Shown: positions 1 through 7,314 of the stretch, one piece after another
Layout of the letters: each line of letters opens with the position of its first letter
Position numbering within the stretch: the stretch's first letter is position 1
Position numbers and translations under genes: made by a program
IMG/VR virus record: IMGVR_UViG_2695420687_000001
Location: 1 to 7,314 of that record
DNA: 7,314 bases
Reading direction: 5' to 3' (one strand)
From: a virus
Taxonomy: Duplodnaviria; Heunggongvirae; Uroviricota; Caudoviricetes
Notes under the pieces: generated by a model
What the model was told of the DNA's origin: nothing
The model's input: the letters and a program-made list of their open reading frames with translations, nothing else
The model's database searches: none

Positions 1-986
1 AGCAGGTGAGCCGTAATTATCATCTGCGCGGGCGTATTCTGCAGGTGCCGTCGAATTATAACCCGCAGACGCGGCAATACAGCGGTATNNAGNANGNCAC
101 TNNNCATTAACGGCAGATTTCTTTCCGATGCAAAGTCGACAGCAGCCTTTGCTTCAGGCGACATATCACCACGAACAGCCCTCGAAACCGCACTCGCTGT
201 ATTTTCCAGCCCCTTACCAATACCACCAATGCCAGCAGAAATTACCGTTTGTAACGGATCAATATCTTCTCCACCAGCAAGGCTGGTGGCTCCCTGTAGT
301 GCTAAATCTGTAGCTGCTGATTTTCCTATGGCACCAAGCACCGTTCCAGCCCTGCCCGCTGGTGTAAACGCCAGCGCATTAGCAAGAAACGAAGTCAGGT
401 CTTGCGGTGATAAACCCGGCTTGTTCAGGGCATAATCACCTGATGGCAGAGAAACGATAGTATTCCCCTTCTCATCCTGCCTTAATGTCGCCCCCATTCC
501 CTGAAGAATCTTTTCCTGAGACGCGTCAGAGCCGAAAAGTTGAGACCATCCAGCCTTCAGGGCATCCATGCTTAGTGAGTTCAATTCTGGGGCAGAGGCG
601 ACATTTTGCAGTCTCTCCATCTCTGGAGTCATTCGGCTTTCGCCTGTTATAGCATCGCGCATCGCAGCCCCAAGACTGGCTCCCTGTTCTGCTGAACGCT
701 CAAGCCCCTCTCTTTGCTGAGTAGCTAACTTTGCATACCCTGACGCAAGAGAATTATCAGATGATGTATGTTGAATATTTTGAGTTGCTGATTGGGATCG
801 GTCTATTTCATTCGTAGATGGTAGTGGATAGGCAGCATAAAAAGCCTGCTTAGCCTGCTCTACACTTTCTCCGGCTTGCGGGGCCACGACTTCATTGAAG
901 TATTGCTCCTGAGCCTGCACTTTTTGTTCTGGTGCTAACGCCTGATACTGTGGAGAGGCGATAACATCTTTCCATGCTTTAGCCAT
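1..986 (-). CDS. Partial CDS (5' part only; 3' end beyond window edge): hypothetical phage protein, possibly P22 gp16-like ejection protein
   Basis: ATG at 986-984 overlaps the stop of the upstream gene (TAATG). I translated the minus-strand frame codon by codon from 986 down to 105 (294 codons, MAKAWKDVIASPQYQALAPEQ…) and found no stop. It then runs into ambiguous bases (89-104) and stays open to position 3, but that last stretch is unreliable. Not in the supplied ORF track, presumably because it has no stop inside the window. Confidence 0.5.
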   Translation of the reverse strand, partial: MAKAWKDVIASPQYQALAPEQKVQAQEQYFNEVVAPQAGESVEQAKQAFYAAYPLPSTNEIDRSQSATQNIQHTSSDNSLASGYAKLATQQREGLERSAEQGASLGAAMRDAITGESRMTPEMERLQNVASAPELNSLSMDALKAGWSQLFGSDASQEKILQGMGATLRQDEKGNTIVSLPSGDYALNKPGLSPQDLTSFLANALAFTPAGRAGTVLGAIGKSAATDLALQGATSLAGGEDIDPLQTVISAGIGGIGKGLENTASAVSRAVRGDMSPEAKAAVDFASERNLPLMXSXXXXTAVLPRLRVIIRRHLQNTPAQMIITAHL

Positions 987-2395
987 TAATCACCCCATAG
1001 TGAAGAAAAATTACTGCTGGCTGCTGGCTGTGATACCTGCTCAGATTGCGGCAATGTCTGCGACGAAGAAGAAGAAGTTCCTCTGTCAACTGCTGAAATA
1101 ACACGCAAAGCATCATAAGCTCGACCAGAAGCAGCTTTCAGCGAATTGAACTGGTTTTCCATCTTCCGGCGCTTGGTATCAATGGTTTTTGTGGAGTCGC
1201 CAGGCTGAGGGAAATACATTTGATAATATTTTGACATTTCAGCAGGTACGATAGCTGCCCCTGTTTCCTGACGGAGTATTGCCATTATTGCGTCATTAGC
1301 ATTAACAACGTATTGCTGCTCTGTTGGGCTGAGCGTTAAGTTAGCCAGCGTCCCATTACCCAAAGCATTATTAATGATCGCCACTCGCTGTGGGCTAAGC
1401 TGGCCTTTCAGTGTATCCATTGAATCAAGAGCATCCCTAACTCTGTATGCAAATCCAGCAGCTTTTTTAGCCCCTTCTGGCGACTTTTCCATGATCTTTT
1501 GGGCTGTTGGCAAAGCTATTGGACGAAACCCATCTCCAGATATTGGCTGGTTTAGTTTTCCCTGCTCTTCACTTCCGTCTGTGTAGTATTTTGTGACAGT
1601 GCCATCATCGTTTTCCCTAACACTCATTAATTTTTTGGCGTTTGTATTAATTCCAGCCGCTGCCCCCTCTGGATCCGCCTTTAACATTTGCGCGTACTGA
1701 TTGTAATTCTGCATTGCGGCTGTTGGTGCATATGCTGACGTTAACGCATTTGCTCGGCTAATATCCTGCCCTCTCGCCTGAAGCGCCTCTCCAGCCTGAT
1801 TGCTGCGGATTGTCTCTGCCAACTTGCCACGCTCAATATCCCGACCTTCCATTCGATCTTTGATATCGAAGTACTTCTCATGACCGAGAGAAAACAGTGC
1901 CATACTACCAGCAAGCCGCTGGAATTCCTGTGGATCATTAACATGCATTTCGGCAACAGACTCAGGAGAAATTCCCAAGCGACGCATTTCATCTTCGTTA
2001 TCTGCTATGAATTTTCCAAATGCCCCAGTTCCGAGCGAAGATGCGATTTGAGCACTAGTCGCAAGATGACCAATAGAATTTCTCTGGTCGTCATCAATAA
2101 AGCCCATCCCTTTCTGAACGCTTTCAAATTCTTCTGGATACTCAGAAATAAGACTGCGCATTTTGTTTCTGTCTCCAGACTCAAAAGCCCCGGCATATGC
2201 TTTCTGAAACTCTGCTTTACGCTGTTGTTGACGTGCCTGCTGATTAATCTCAGCAACGCCTCTTAGCCCCTGTAGCGCCATTAAACCTACGTTTGGCTGC
2301 TGCTGATACTGCACAGGCTGAGGAACGGAAGAACGAGGAGCATTATCATTTTGCGGTGCCATGCTAGGCAGCCCGCCAAGTTGCCATGTCGCCAT
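986..2395 (-). CDS. Hypothetical phage structural protein; putative ejection/internal virion protein (P22 gp20-like, hypothesis)
   Basis: 469-codon ORF coupled at both ends by TAATG overlaps (2395 and 986). Gln/Ala/Ser-rich, with a low-complexity Ser tract near the C-terminus. No resemblance to lambda J. Size is close to P22 gp20 (~471 aa). Functional call is inferred, not verified. Confidence 0.55.
   Translation of the reverse strand: MATWQLGGLPSMAPQNDNAPRSSVPQPVQYQQQPNVGLMALQGLRGVAEINQQARQQQRKAEFQKAYAGAFESGDRNKMRSLISEYPEEFESVQKGMGFIDDDQRNSIGHLATSAQIASSLGTGAFGKFIADNEDEMRRLGISPESVAEMHVNDPQEFQRLAGSMALFSLGHEKYFDIKDRMEGRDIERGKLAETIRSNQAGEALQARGQDISRANALTSAYAPTAAMQNYNQYAQMLKADPEGAAAGINTNAKKLMSVRENDDGTVTKYYTDGSEEQGKLNQPISGDGFRPIALPTAQKIMEKSPEGAKKAAGFAYRVRDALDSMDTLKGQLSPQRVAIINNALGNGTLANLTLSPTEQQYVVNANDAIMAILRQETGAAIVPAEMSKYYQMYFPQPGDSTKTIDTKRRKMENQFNSLKAASGRAYDALRVISAVDRGTSSSSSQTLPQSEQVSQPAASSNFSSLWGD
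1065..1076. repeat. (GAA)4 trinucleotide tract, giving (TCT)n poly-Ser codons on the coding strand
   Basis: Plus strand reads gaagaagaagaa at 1065-1076; on the minus strand it encodes the SSSSS tract near the C-terminus of the 469-aa protein. An adjacent tandem heptamer, ctgctgg x2, sits at 1014-1027. Confidence 0.6.
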
Positions 2396-3072
2396 TAGAA
2401 TCCAAGCCCCCCAACAAGACCAATAAGCCCACCACCAATAGCCCCGGCGACATTACCTATACCCGGAACAACGGAACCAAGTTGCGCACCCGCTAAAGCG
2501 CCTGATGCCGCCCCACCAATACCACGCGCAAGACTGGATGGCTGCTGCGCCTGACCTGCACGAATAGCGCCAAGCCCCTGCAAGAGTTGTCCGGTATTAT
2601 TGGCGTAGTTTTGCCCTGCTGTTGCCTGCCCTGATGCCGCATTCATCCCGACATTTAGCAGGTTTCCATAATTTTGCATTTGCCCACTGAGCCAATTGTT
2701 ATAAAGCATGGGCGCAATGGAAGATAACTGGTTACTGGTAGCTGTTGTGCCAAGCCCCCCGGTAGCTTCTGCTGAGACAAGGTTCTGATAACGGGCCTGA
2801 TCTGCTTGTGTTTTATATAAACCAGAACCAAAGAAATCATTCGCGGCTTTATTCTGCCCTTCCAGAGTCATCAGTCCTTGTAGTTGTTGTAAAGCAGGCA
2901 ATCCGACTTCTGCATACGGCTTGAGATTATTCATCACCGTATTCCACTGCTCGCGCTGCAAATCAATTGCCTGCTGCTGGGCCTTCGCCTGAGCTTTAGA
3001 GGCACCACCATCACCGCCTTTTTCGTATACGGCACGATTGAGATATTTATGAGCTATATGGGTAATTAACAT
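2395..3072 (-). CDS. Hypothetical phage structural protein; putative ejection/internal virion protein (P22 gp7-like, hypothesis)
   Basis: 225-codon ORF with ATG start and a Shine-Dalgarno. N-terminal charged/Gln-rich region, C-terminal Gly/Ala-rich hydrophobic tail (…GIGNVAGAIGGGLIGLVGGLGF). Stop overlaps the next start (TAATG). Not similar to lambda gpI. The functional call rests only on size, gene order and composition; the ORF itself is likely real. Confidence 0.55.
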   Translation of the reverse strand: MLITHIAHKYLNRAVYEKGGDGGASKAQAKAQQQAIDLQREQWNTVMNNLKPYAEVGLPALQQLQGLMTLEGQNKAANDFFGSGLYKTQADQARYQNLVSAEATGGLGTTATSNQLSSIAPMLYNNWLSGQMQNYGNLLNVGMNAASGQATAGQNYANNTGQLLQGLGAIRAGQAQQPSSLARGIGGAASGALAGAQLGSVVPGIGNVAGAIGGGLIGLVGGLGF

Positions 3073-3080
3073 TCGCTGAA

Positions 3081-3086
3081 TTCCTT
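3081..3086 (-). promoter_or_regulatory. Shine-Dalgarno (AAGGAA) for the 225-aa gene
   Basis: Plus-strand ttcctt is AAGGAA on the minus strand, 8 nt upstream of the ATG at 3072, within the 28-nt K-remnant/225-aa intergenic spacer. Confidence 0.4.
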
Positions 3087-3100
3087 ATATTGTTGCCGAG

Positions 3101-3553
3101 TTAACTGATAAAGCGCCACCAGTCATCCTCACGCTCAAAATCCGGCATATCAATTCCCGCCAGATGGTAGGCATCCCGGAACAGCGTGTAACAGTCCGTC
3201 ACCCCGTGCTCAAAGCGCCGTCCTGTCAGATGTGGCACACAGCGGAATTTATGAATTTCCCCCCGGCAGACCAGCCACCAGGACAGTGCACTTTTTATCT
3301 GCAGCCGCCGGTCGGCCTCGCTCAGCCAGGGCAGACCACCGGGATGACTGTGGACCAGTGCCACAATCTCCCCCTGCATCTCTGCCCGCAGCCAGTCTTC
3401 CGGTGCAATACGAAAATACGCCTCCGGCTCTGCAGAGATATTCACACAAGGGATATACCGCTCCCCCTCCGGCGTTCTCACCACGAAGCCGCACGACTCC
3501 GCAGGCGCACACCGCCGGGCATGCGCCAGAATCGCTGATTCTGTCTGTGTCAT
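3101..3553 (-). CDS. K: Tail assembly protein K (lambda gpK-like), C-terminally truncated; likely pseudogene or remnant
   Basis: 150-codon ORF with N-terminus MTQTESAILAHARRCAPAESCGFVV… as in lambda K. The JAMM/MPN motif HSHPGGLPWLSEAD (HxHx7Sx2D) is intact at 3311-3352. The NlpC/P60-type region begins (…GVTDCYTLF…) but the ORF ends at …DDWWRFIS*, about 50 residues short of lambda K (199 aa as I recall). Confidence 0.85.
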   Translation of the reverse strand: MTQTESAILAHARRCAPAESCGFVVRTPEGERYIPCVNISAEPEAYFRIAPEDWLRAEMQGEIVALVHSHPGGLPWLSEADRRLQIKSALSWWLVCRGEIHKFRCVPHLTGRRFEHGVTDCYTLFRDAYHLAGIDMPDFEREDDWWRFIS

Positions 3554-3558
3554 TGGAT

Positions 3559-4257
3559 TTACTGCGAAAGTTTGTTAATGGAAAGGAAACCGCCAAAATT
3601 AACCGCCATGCCGCGCATCTCACACCCGCGCATGCACTTGCTGCATCTGTCCTTACGGATATCGGTGGTGGGTTTATCGAACTCATCCGCCACCGCAGGA
3701 CCGTTATACCCGCATTCATCTCCCCGGTAATCCCACATACAGGTGTTCGCCAGCATGATGCGACCGGGAAACAGCGCTCCGTCCGTCTCCGTCGGTGTTG
3801 CCAGCACAAACGAGGCTGTCATGGCCGTCAGCTCTGACATCTGCTCCACCACCCAGCGGTCGCTCAGCTCCTGCTCCGGGTCCGCTTCCGGATTGCCCGC
3901 CACAAAATTCACCGCATCCAGAAAACAGGCATACACCCGGCGGCGGACCACCGTGGCCCCCACCAGGCTCTGCAGGTCCTCCGCCATTCCGGTGACCAGA
4001 CCGAACAGATTCGACACCGTCAGCGACGGGCGGGCACTGCTGCCCTTCCCGTTCATCTCAAAGCCACTGCCGTCAATCGGGTATACCTGATATTGCCGCC
4101 CCTGCCAGGTGACCGCCTCCCCTTTTTCATTCAGCTCATTACAGAAAAAATACCGCTCACCGCCCTGCACCGTCAGGTCAATTTCCCAGAGCACCACCCG
4201 CGGTGACTGCTCTGATTTAACCGACTCGTTCAGACTTTCTTCATGAATGTCCTGCAT
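3559..4257 (-). CDS. L: Minor tail protein L (lambda gpL-like)
   Basis: 232-codon ORF, the same length as lambda gpL. N-terminus MQDIHEESLNE…VVLWEIDLT…GGERYFFCNE and C-terminus …NFGGFLSINKLSQ closely resemble lambda L from memory. The C-terminal cysteine cluster is conserved (…NTCMWDYRGDECGY… and …DRCSKCMRGC…). Confidence 0.92.
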   Translation of the reverse strand: MQDIHEESLNESVKSEQSPRVVLWEIDLTVQGGERYFFCNELNEKGEAVTWQGRQYQVYPIDGSGFEMNGKGSSARPSLTVSNLFGLVTGMAEDLQSLVGATVVRRRVYACFLDAVNFVAGNPEADPEQELSDRWVVEQMSELTAMTASFVLATPTETDGALFPGRIMLANTCMWDYRGDECGYNGPAVADEFDKPTTDIRKDRCSKCMRGCEMRGMAVNFGGFLSINKLSQ

Positions 4258-4598
4258 CAGTTCACCACCTGCTCAATCGTACAGCTGAAATCACTGTACC
4301 GGGCGTTATCCGTGACGCTCCACTCCCGGCACACCACCCTCACCGTCCGGTTATGTTTCGGCGGTCGCCACAAAAAGGCACGGTAACCACCATGCCAGGA
4401 TAAAAATTCATCCAGCCAGCGCCGGGTTGACTCATCCGTCACCCGGAACACCGCCTGAAACGTCTTCAGTTGAGGATTCAGCCCTGTGGGGCGGCGCTGT
4501 TCATAACCGTCACCAAACCGCACCCTCACCACCGACGGCTTCTCACTCACCTGCATCCCTTCACGCGGGACCAGATGCAGCGTTTTTATCTCAGCCAC
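4257..4598 (-). CDS. M: Minor tail protein M (lambda gpM-like)
   Basis: 113-codon ORF. Internal segment …SVVRVRFGDGYEQR… and C-terminus …IEQVVN are recognisably lambda gpM-like. The start codon at 4598-4596 is GTG, not ATG, and is preceded by a GGAGGA Shine-Dalgarno. It overlaps the 3' end of H by 8 nt, and its stop overlaps the L start (TGATG). Confidence 0.88.
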   Translation of the reverse strand: MAEIKTLHLVPREGMQVSEKPSVVRVRFGDGYEQRRPTGLNPQLKTFQAVFRVTDESTRRWLDEFLSWHGGYRAFLWRPPKHNRTVRVVCREWSVTDNARYSDFSCTIEQVVN

Positions 4599-7206
4599 TC
4601 AGCATTCCTCCGTCACGTCGCATGGACAACATCACCGCCTGCACCCGCTGGTCAATCAGCTGCACAAGACTGCCTGCCGCCTCCGGCCCTATCTGGCCAT
4701 TAGTCCCGTCATTCTGAATGGCGATATGGTAGACCGGGGAATACACCAGGCCCGCACTACCGTTCATACTGCCCACCGCTCGCACACCCAGCGAGCCATC
4801 CGCCGCCCGGGTCAGGGGCATAATGGCTTCAGGACCGGCCTCCCCCATCAGCCCCGCCCCTTTTGCAAAGGCAAAGTACGTGGGCGTATCCACAATACTG
4901 TTGCTGTACGCACTCAGGTTTGCCGAGGTATACACGCCGCCTTTTGCATTGGCCACCGCTCCGCCCAGCCAGTCACCAATGCTGCCAATAAATCCTCCCG
5001 CACCGGACATACCGTTTGCCGCCGTCTTAATTCCGTTGACAATGGCCGCATTCATAAGAACTTTTGATATTTCCTGCAGTACGGATGAGGCCCAGTTGCG
5101 CCATTCCACTTTGTTTCCGTTCAGCATCTCCGTGATGTTATTCACCAGTCCTGAAATCCCCTCCGTTGCCAGCTGTGCTGCCTGTGAGGCGTAATCGGAC
5201 GCATTGTCCACCCAGTTACTGAGCCCCTCCTGCAAGCCTTTCTGCCAGTCCGCACGCTGCGCATCCGATTCGGCATAAAAGGCTGCCTGGTCCTTAAGGC
5301 GTTCGCTCAGATACTGCGCGTTCTGTGCCCGTGCCTGTCTGTAAAAATCCTCACTGATATCCCCGGTCTGATACTGAGACTGAAGGTCCGCATCCTTCTG
5401 GCGGAAGCTGTCGCGGATCTGCTGCAACTCCCGCATGCGTTCCCTGGCTCGTTCTCCCTGCCCGTATCCCAGCAGTTCGGCTTCATTTGATGCACGCGCA
5501 GCCACATTATCATTCTTCAGGGTCTCTTCCCGGGATCGCAACTGTTCCCGGATTTTTTGCTGGTCAATCAGGGCCGCGTTACGCAGCAGTTCCTGCTTCT
5601 GCATCTCCGTCAGGGTTTTCAGTTCGCCCTGCGCAGTCTGGTACTTCAGCTTCGCCAGCTCTGTATTCTGACCCGCCAGTGCCAGTTGCTCTTTCTGCTG
5701 CTTCAGTAGCCGGGAAAAACTGTCTTCCGCTTTTTCCGTCTCTGATTTTCCACCCCGGGATTTGGGTTTATTCGCCTCGTTATTGCGCCAGGCTTCCAGG
5801 GCATTACTGATATAACGTTGTCTCGCCTCCTGATACGGATCACCCACAAAACCGAGGTCATCCGCCGCATACCCCAGCCGGGCACGCTCTTTTTCTTCCC
5901 CTTTCAGTCTGGACAGGGCCAGCTCACGCTCTGTTTTTGTCAGGGCACTCTGCTGTTTATCATCCAGAGTGGCCTGTGGCAGCCGTAACGGCACATTCAC
6001 CAGTCCCTGCCGCTGCTGAAGCAGTTCATTACCCAGCCCCAGCAGACGGTTGAATTCCGTATGCTGACCGTTCATAACCAGCATGGACTGGTACACCTTA
6101 TTCTGCTCTGCCGCCTGCTGACGAATTAACGCCACACGACGGTCTTCCAGCCCGGCAAGCACATCCTGAATGGACTGCGCTTTTTCCTGCATCTGTGCCA
6201 GACGGGACTGCTCAACGGCAAGCTGCTCTGTTGCCTGAGCAAGCCCTTCCGTTACGGTCTTCACCGAGGTCAGATGGTTTATCATGAATCCGTCACCGGT
6301 CGTCCAGCCCGGATTAGCCAGCACATACTGATACCCGGCGATTTTTTCCTGCAGGGATTTCACCCGGCTGGCCTGCTCATCAATCAGCCGGTTCTGCTCT
6401 GTCAGCGCCGCCCGTGTTCGTCCTTCATTATCTGAGGCTTCAGGCAAAGACATTGACGGCGTTTTATGCGCGATTTCATCTATCGTCAGTGCATACTGGC
6501 GCGCAGACTCCCTGGCCTGCTCCTGATTCTGGTACAGCGTGTACCATGCTGCAGCCCCCAGCATCACCAGTCCGGGTACGCCACCAACCAGCCCCAGCGC
6601 ACCGCTCATCAGACGTGAGCCCACCGCCGTTGTACTGTTCAGCGCATTCTGGGCGGCGCTTCTGGCAGCAATATTTCTGTTCAGGCGTTCCTGTGTGGCC
6701 GCCAGACGGGCCTCTGCAGCAATCTGCATCTCCGTCCCGCGGGCTGCCGCCACGGCCTGCTGAGCACGGTACACGGCTGCTCTTGCCCGCGCCGTGGCAA
6801 TCTGCGTTCCCCTGAACTGTGCTTCCGCCAGTGCAACTTCATTACGTGCAGCCGTCACAAGTCCTGCCGTGGCAGACATCGCTCCGGAGGCCATATTGCC
6901 AAAGTACCGGGCCACCCCGACGGCAACCAGTGCCCCCACGGCTGTTGCCACATTATCAATCTGTCCGGCAACACCGTTCAGCACGCCGGAGAGCGTTTTC
7001 GTCACCCCGCTGGCCTCATTCGCACCACCCACCCAGGCCATAAAGGCGTTTTCCACCTTTGTGATCCCGTCAGAGACCGTTTCCGGCATGGCCGCGTATT
7101 CATCACGCAATACCTCCAGCTGGCTGATTAACGCAGGAACGACTTTATCCGCCGTCAGTTGACCATCGTCCGCCATCGCCTTCAGATCTTTACGGGCCAC
7201 GCCCAT
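4591..7206 (-). CDS. H: Phage tail tape measure protein (lambda gpH family)
   Basis: 871-codon minus-strand ORF with ATG at 7206-7204. The C-terminus (…[19 protein letters not shown]…[10 protein letters not shown]) matches, from memory, the conserved C-terminal domain of lambda gpH-type tape measure proteins. Long Ala/Gln/Arg/Glu-rich central region typical of tape measure coiled coils; hydrophobic Gly/Ala-rich segments near residues ~86-120 and ~195-225. Followed by M, L, K in lambda order. An in-frame stop lies 7 codons upstream (7228-7230), so the true N-terminus is uncertain. Confidence 0.9.
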   Translation of the reverse strand: MGVARKDLKAMADDGQLTADKVVPALISQLEVLRDEYAAMPETVSDGITKVENAFMAWVGGANEASGVTKTLSGVLNGVAGQIDNVATAVGALVAVGVARYFGNMASGAMSATAGLVTAARNEVALAEAQFRGTQIATARARAAVYRAQQAVAAARGTEMQIAAEARLAATQERLNRNIAARSAAQNALNSTTAVGSRLMSGALGLVGGVPGLVMLGAAAWYTLYQNQEQARESARQYALTIDEIAHKTPSMSLPEASDNEGRTRAALTEQNRLIDEQASRVKSLQEKIAGYQYVLANPGWTTGDGFMINHLTSVKTVTEGLAQATEQLAVEQSRLAQMQEKAQSIQDVLAGLEDRRVALIRQQAAEQNKVYQSMLVMNGQHTEFNRLLGLGNELLQQRQGLVNVPLRLPQATLDDKQQSALTKTERELALSRLKGEEKERARLGYAADDLGFVGDPYQEARQRYISNALEAWRNNEANKPKSRGGKSETEKAEDSFSRLLKQQKEQLALAGQNTELAKLKYQTAQGELKTLTEMQKQELLRNAALIDQQKIREQLRSREETLKNDNVAARASNEAELLGYGQGERARERMRELQQIRDSFRQKDADLQSQYQTGDISEDFYRQARAQNAQYLSERLKDQAAFYAESDAQRADWQKGLQEGLSNWVDNASDYASQAAQLATEGISGLVNNITEMLNGNKVEWRNWASSVLQEISKVLMNAAIVNGIKTAANGMSGAGGFIGSIGDWLGGAVANAKGGVYTSANLSAYSNSIVDTPTYFAFAKGAGLMGEAGPEAIMPLTRAADGSLGVRAVGSMNGSAGLVYSPVYHIAIQNDGTNGQIGPEAAGSLVQLIDQRVQAVMLSMRRDGGMLSG
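4606..4611 (-). promoter_or_regulatory. Shine-Dalgarno (GGAGGA) for M
   Basis: Plus-strand tcctcc is GGAGGA on the minus strand, 7 nt upstream of the GTG start of M; it lies inside the 3' end of H. Confidence 0.45.
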
Positions 7207-7314
7207 GCCTGCAGCCAGTGCACGCCTTCAATGACGCGGTACGCCACACGTTGAAAGAAGAAGAAAAACTGGCCAACTCCAGCGACTGGGGATATGACGC
7301 TCAGGCTTTCGCCC

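Noticed and set aside
128-435. Plus-strand ORFs 128-313 and 229-435
   Set aside because: They are antisense to the continuous minus-strand ORF that is coupled to the upstream gene by a TAATG overlap, and they lack ribosome-binding sites.
986-2395. Possibility that the 469-aa ORF is a truncated central tail fibre J
   Set aside because: Far shorter than J (over 1100 aa), and no resemblance to the J N-terminus.
1374-2840. Short ORFs within or antisense to the 469-aa and 225-aa genes (1374-1586 +, 1741-1992 -, 1880-2266 +, 2005-2256 -, 2655-2840 -)
   Set aside because: They are nested in longer, translationally coupled ORFs, and their hydrophobic or Cys-rich products look like frame artefacts.
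2395-3072. Possibility that the 225-aa ORF is lambda gpI (223 aa) because of similar length and position after K
   Set aside because: No resemblance to the gpI sequence as I recall it; the Gly-rich hydrophobic region is at the extreme C-terminus rather than central; composition and GC differ from the flanking lambdoid genes. Length alone is coincidental.
3164-4090. ORFs overlapping K and L (3164-3538 +, 3232-3837 +, 3249-3809 -, 3743-4090 +, 3795-3995 +)
   Set aside because: They overlap well-conserved lambda-like K and L reading frames; translations are low-complexity Arg/Pro/Cys-rich with no recognisable motifs.
4726-7162. Plus-strand ORFs inside the tape measure gene (4726-5067, 4823-5194, 5435-5671, 5487-5810, 6414-6815, 6539-6763, 6794-7162, 6819-7043) and minus-strand 5307-5513 and 5703-5885
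   Set aside because: All are antisense to or out of frame with a strongly supported 871-aa homologous CDS. Their products are Pro/Arg/Ser/Ala-rich, typical of spurious frames in GC-rich DNA, and none has a convincing start context.
38-7214. Restriction sites near junctions (PstI ctgcag at 38-43 and 7209-7214, SalI gtcgac at 135-140, EcoRI gaattc at 3078-3083) as signs of a cloning-vector construct
   Set aside because: Six-base sites occur by chance every few kb. The flanking sequence does not match a pUC-type polylinker beyond a ~10-nt coincidence.
1-7314. Search for tRNA/tmRNA, CRISPR repeats, IS inverted repeats, attachment-site direct repeats and a defence or toxin-antitoxin system
   Set aside because: The window is densely coding for structural proteins with overlapping stops and starts. 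I saw no repeat-spacer periodicity, no terminal inverted repeats and no tRNA-like region. I cannot support any such feature from the sequence.

Overview
The window is almost entirely phage structural genes on the minus strand, in two compositionally distinct blocks. Positions ~3101-7206 hold a lambdoid siphovirus tail-assembly block in lambda order: tape measure protein (H-like, 871 aa), M, L, and a C-terminally truncated K. The K truncation point (~3110) coincides with a drop in GC content. Left of it (1-3072) are three tightly coupled minus-strand genes (225 aa, 469 aa, and a partial of at least 294 codons) joined by single-base TAATG stop/start overlaps. They do not resemble lambda I or J. 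Their sizes and order fit P22-like podovirus ejection proteins gp7/gp20/gp16, but that assignment is a hypothesis resting on size, order and composition, not on verified sequence identity. I read the region as a mosaic or defective prophage tail region, or possibly an assembly chimera. I see no tRNA, rRNA, CRISPR array, IS element or obvious novel defence system. Both window edges are odd: ambiguous bases at 89-104, and an in-frame stop just upstream of the H start. The overlapping antisense ORFs in the track are treated as artefacts of GC-rich coding sequence.
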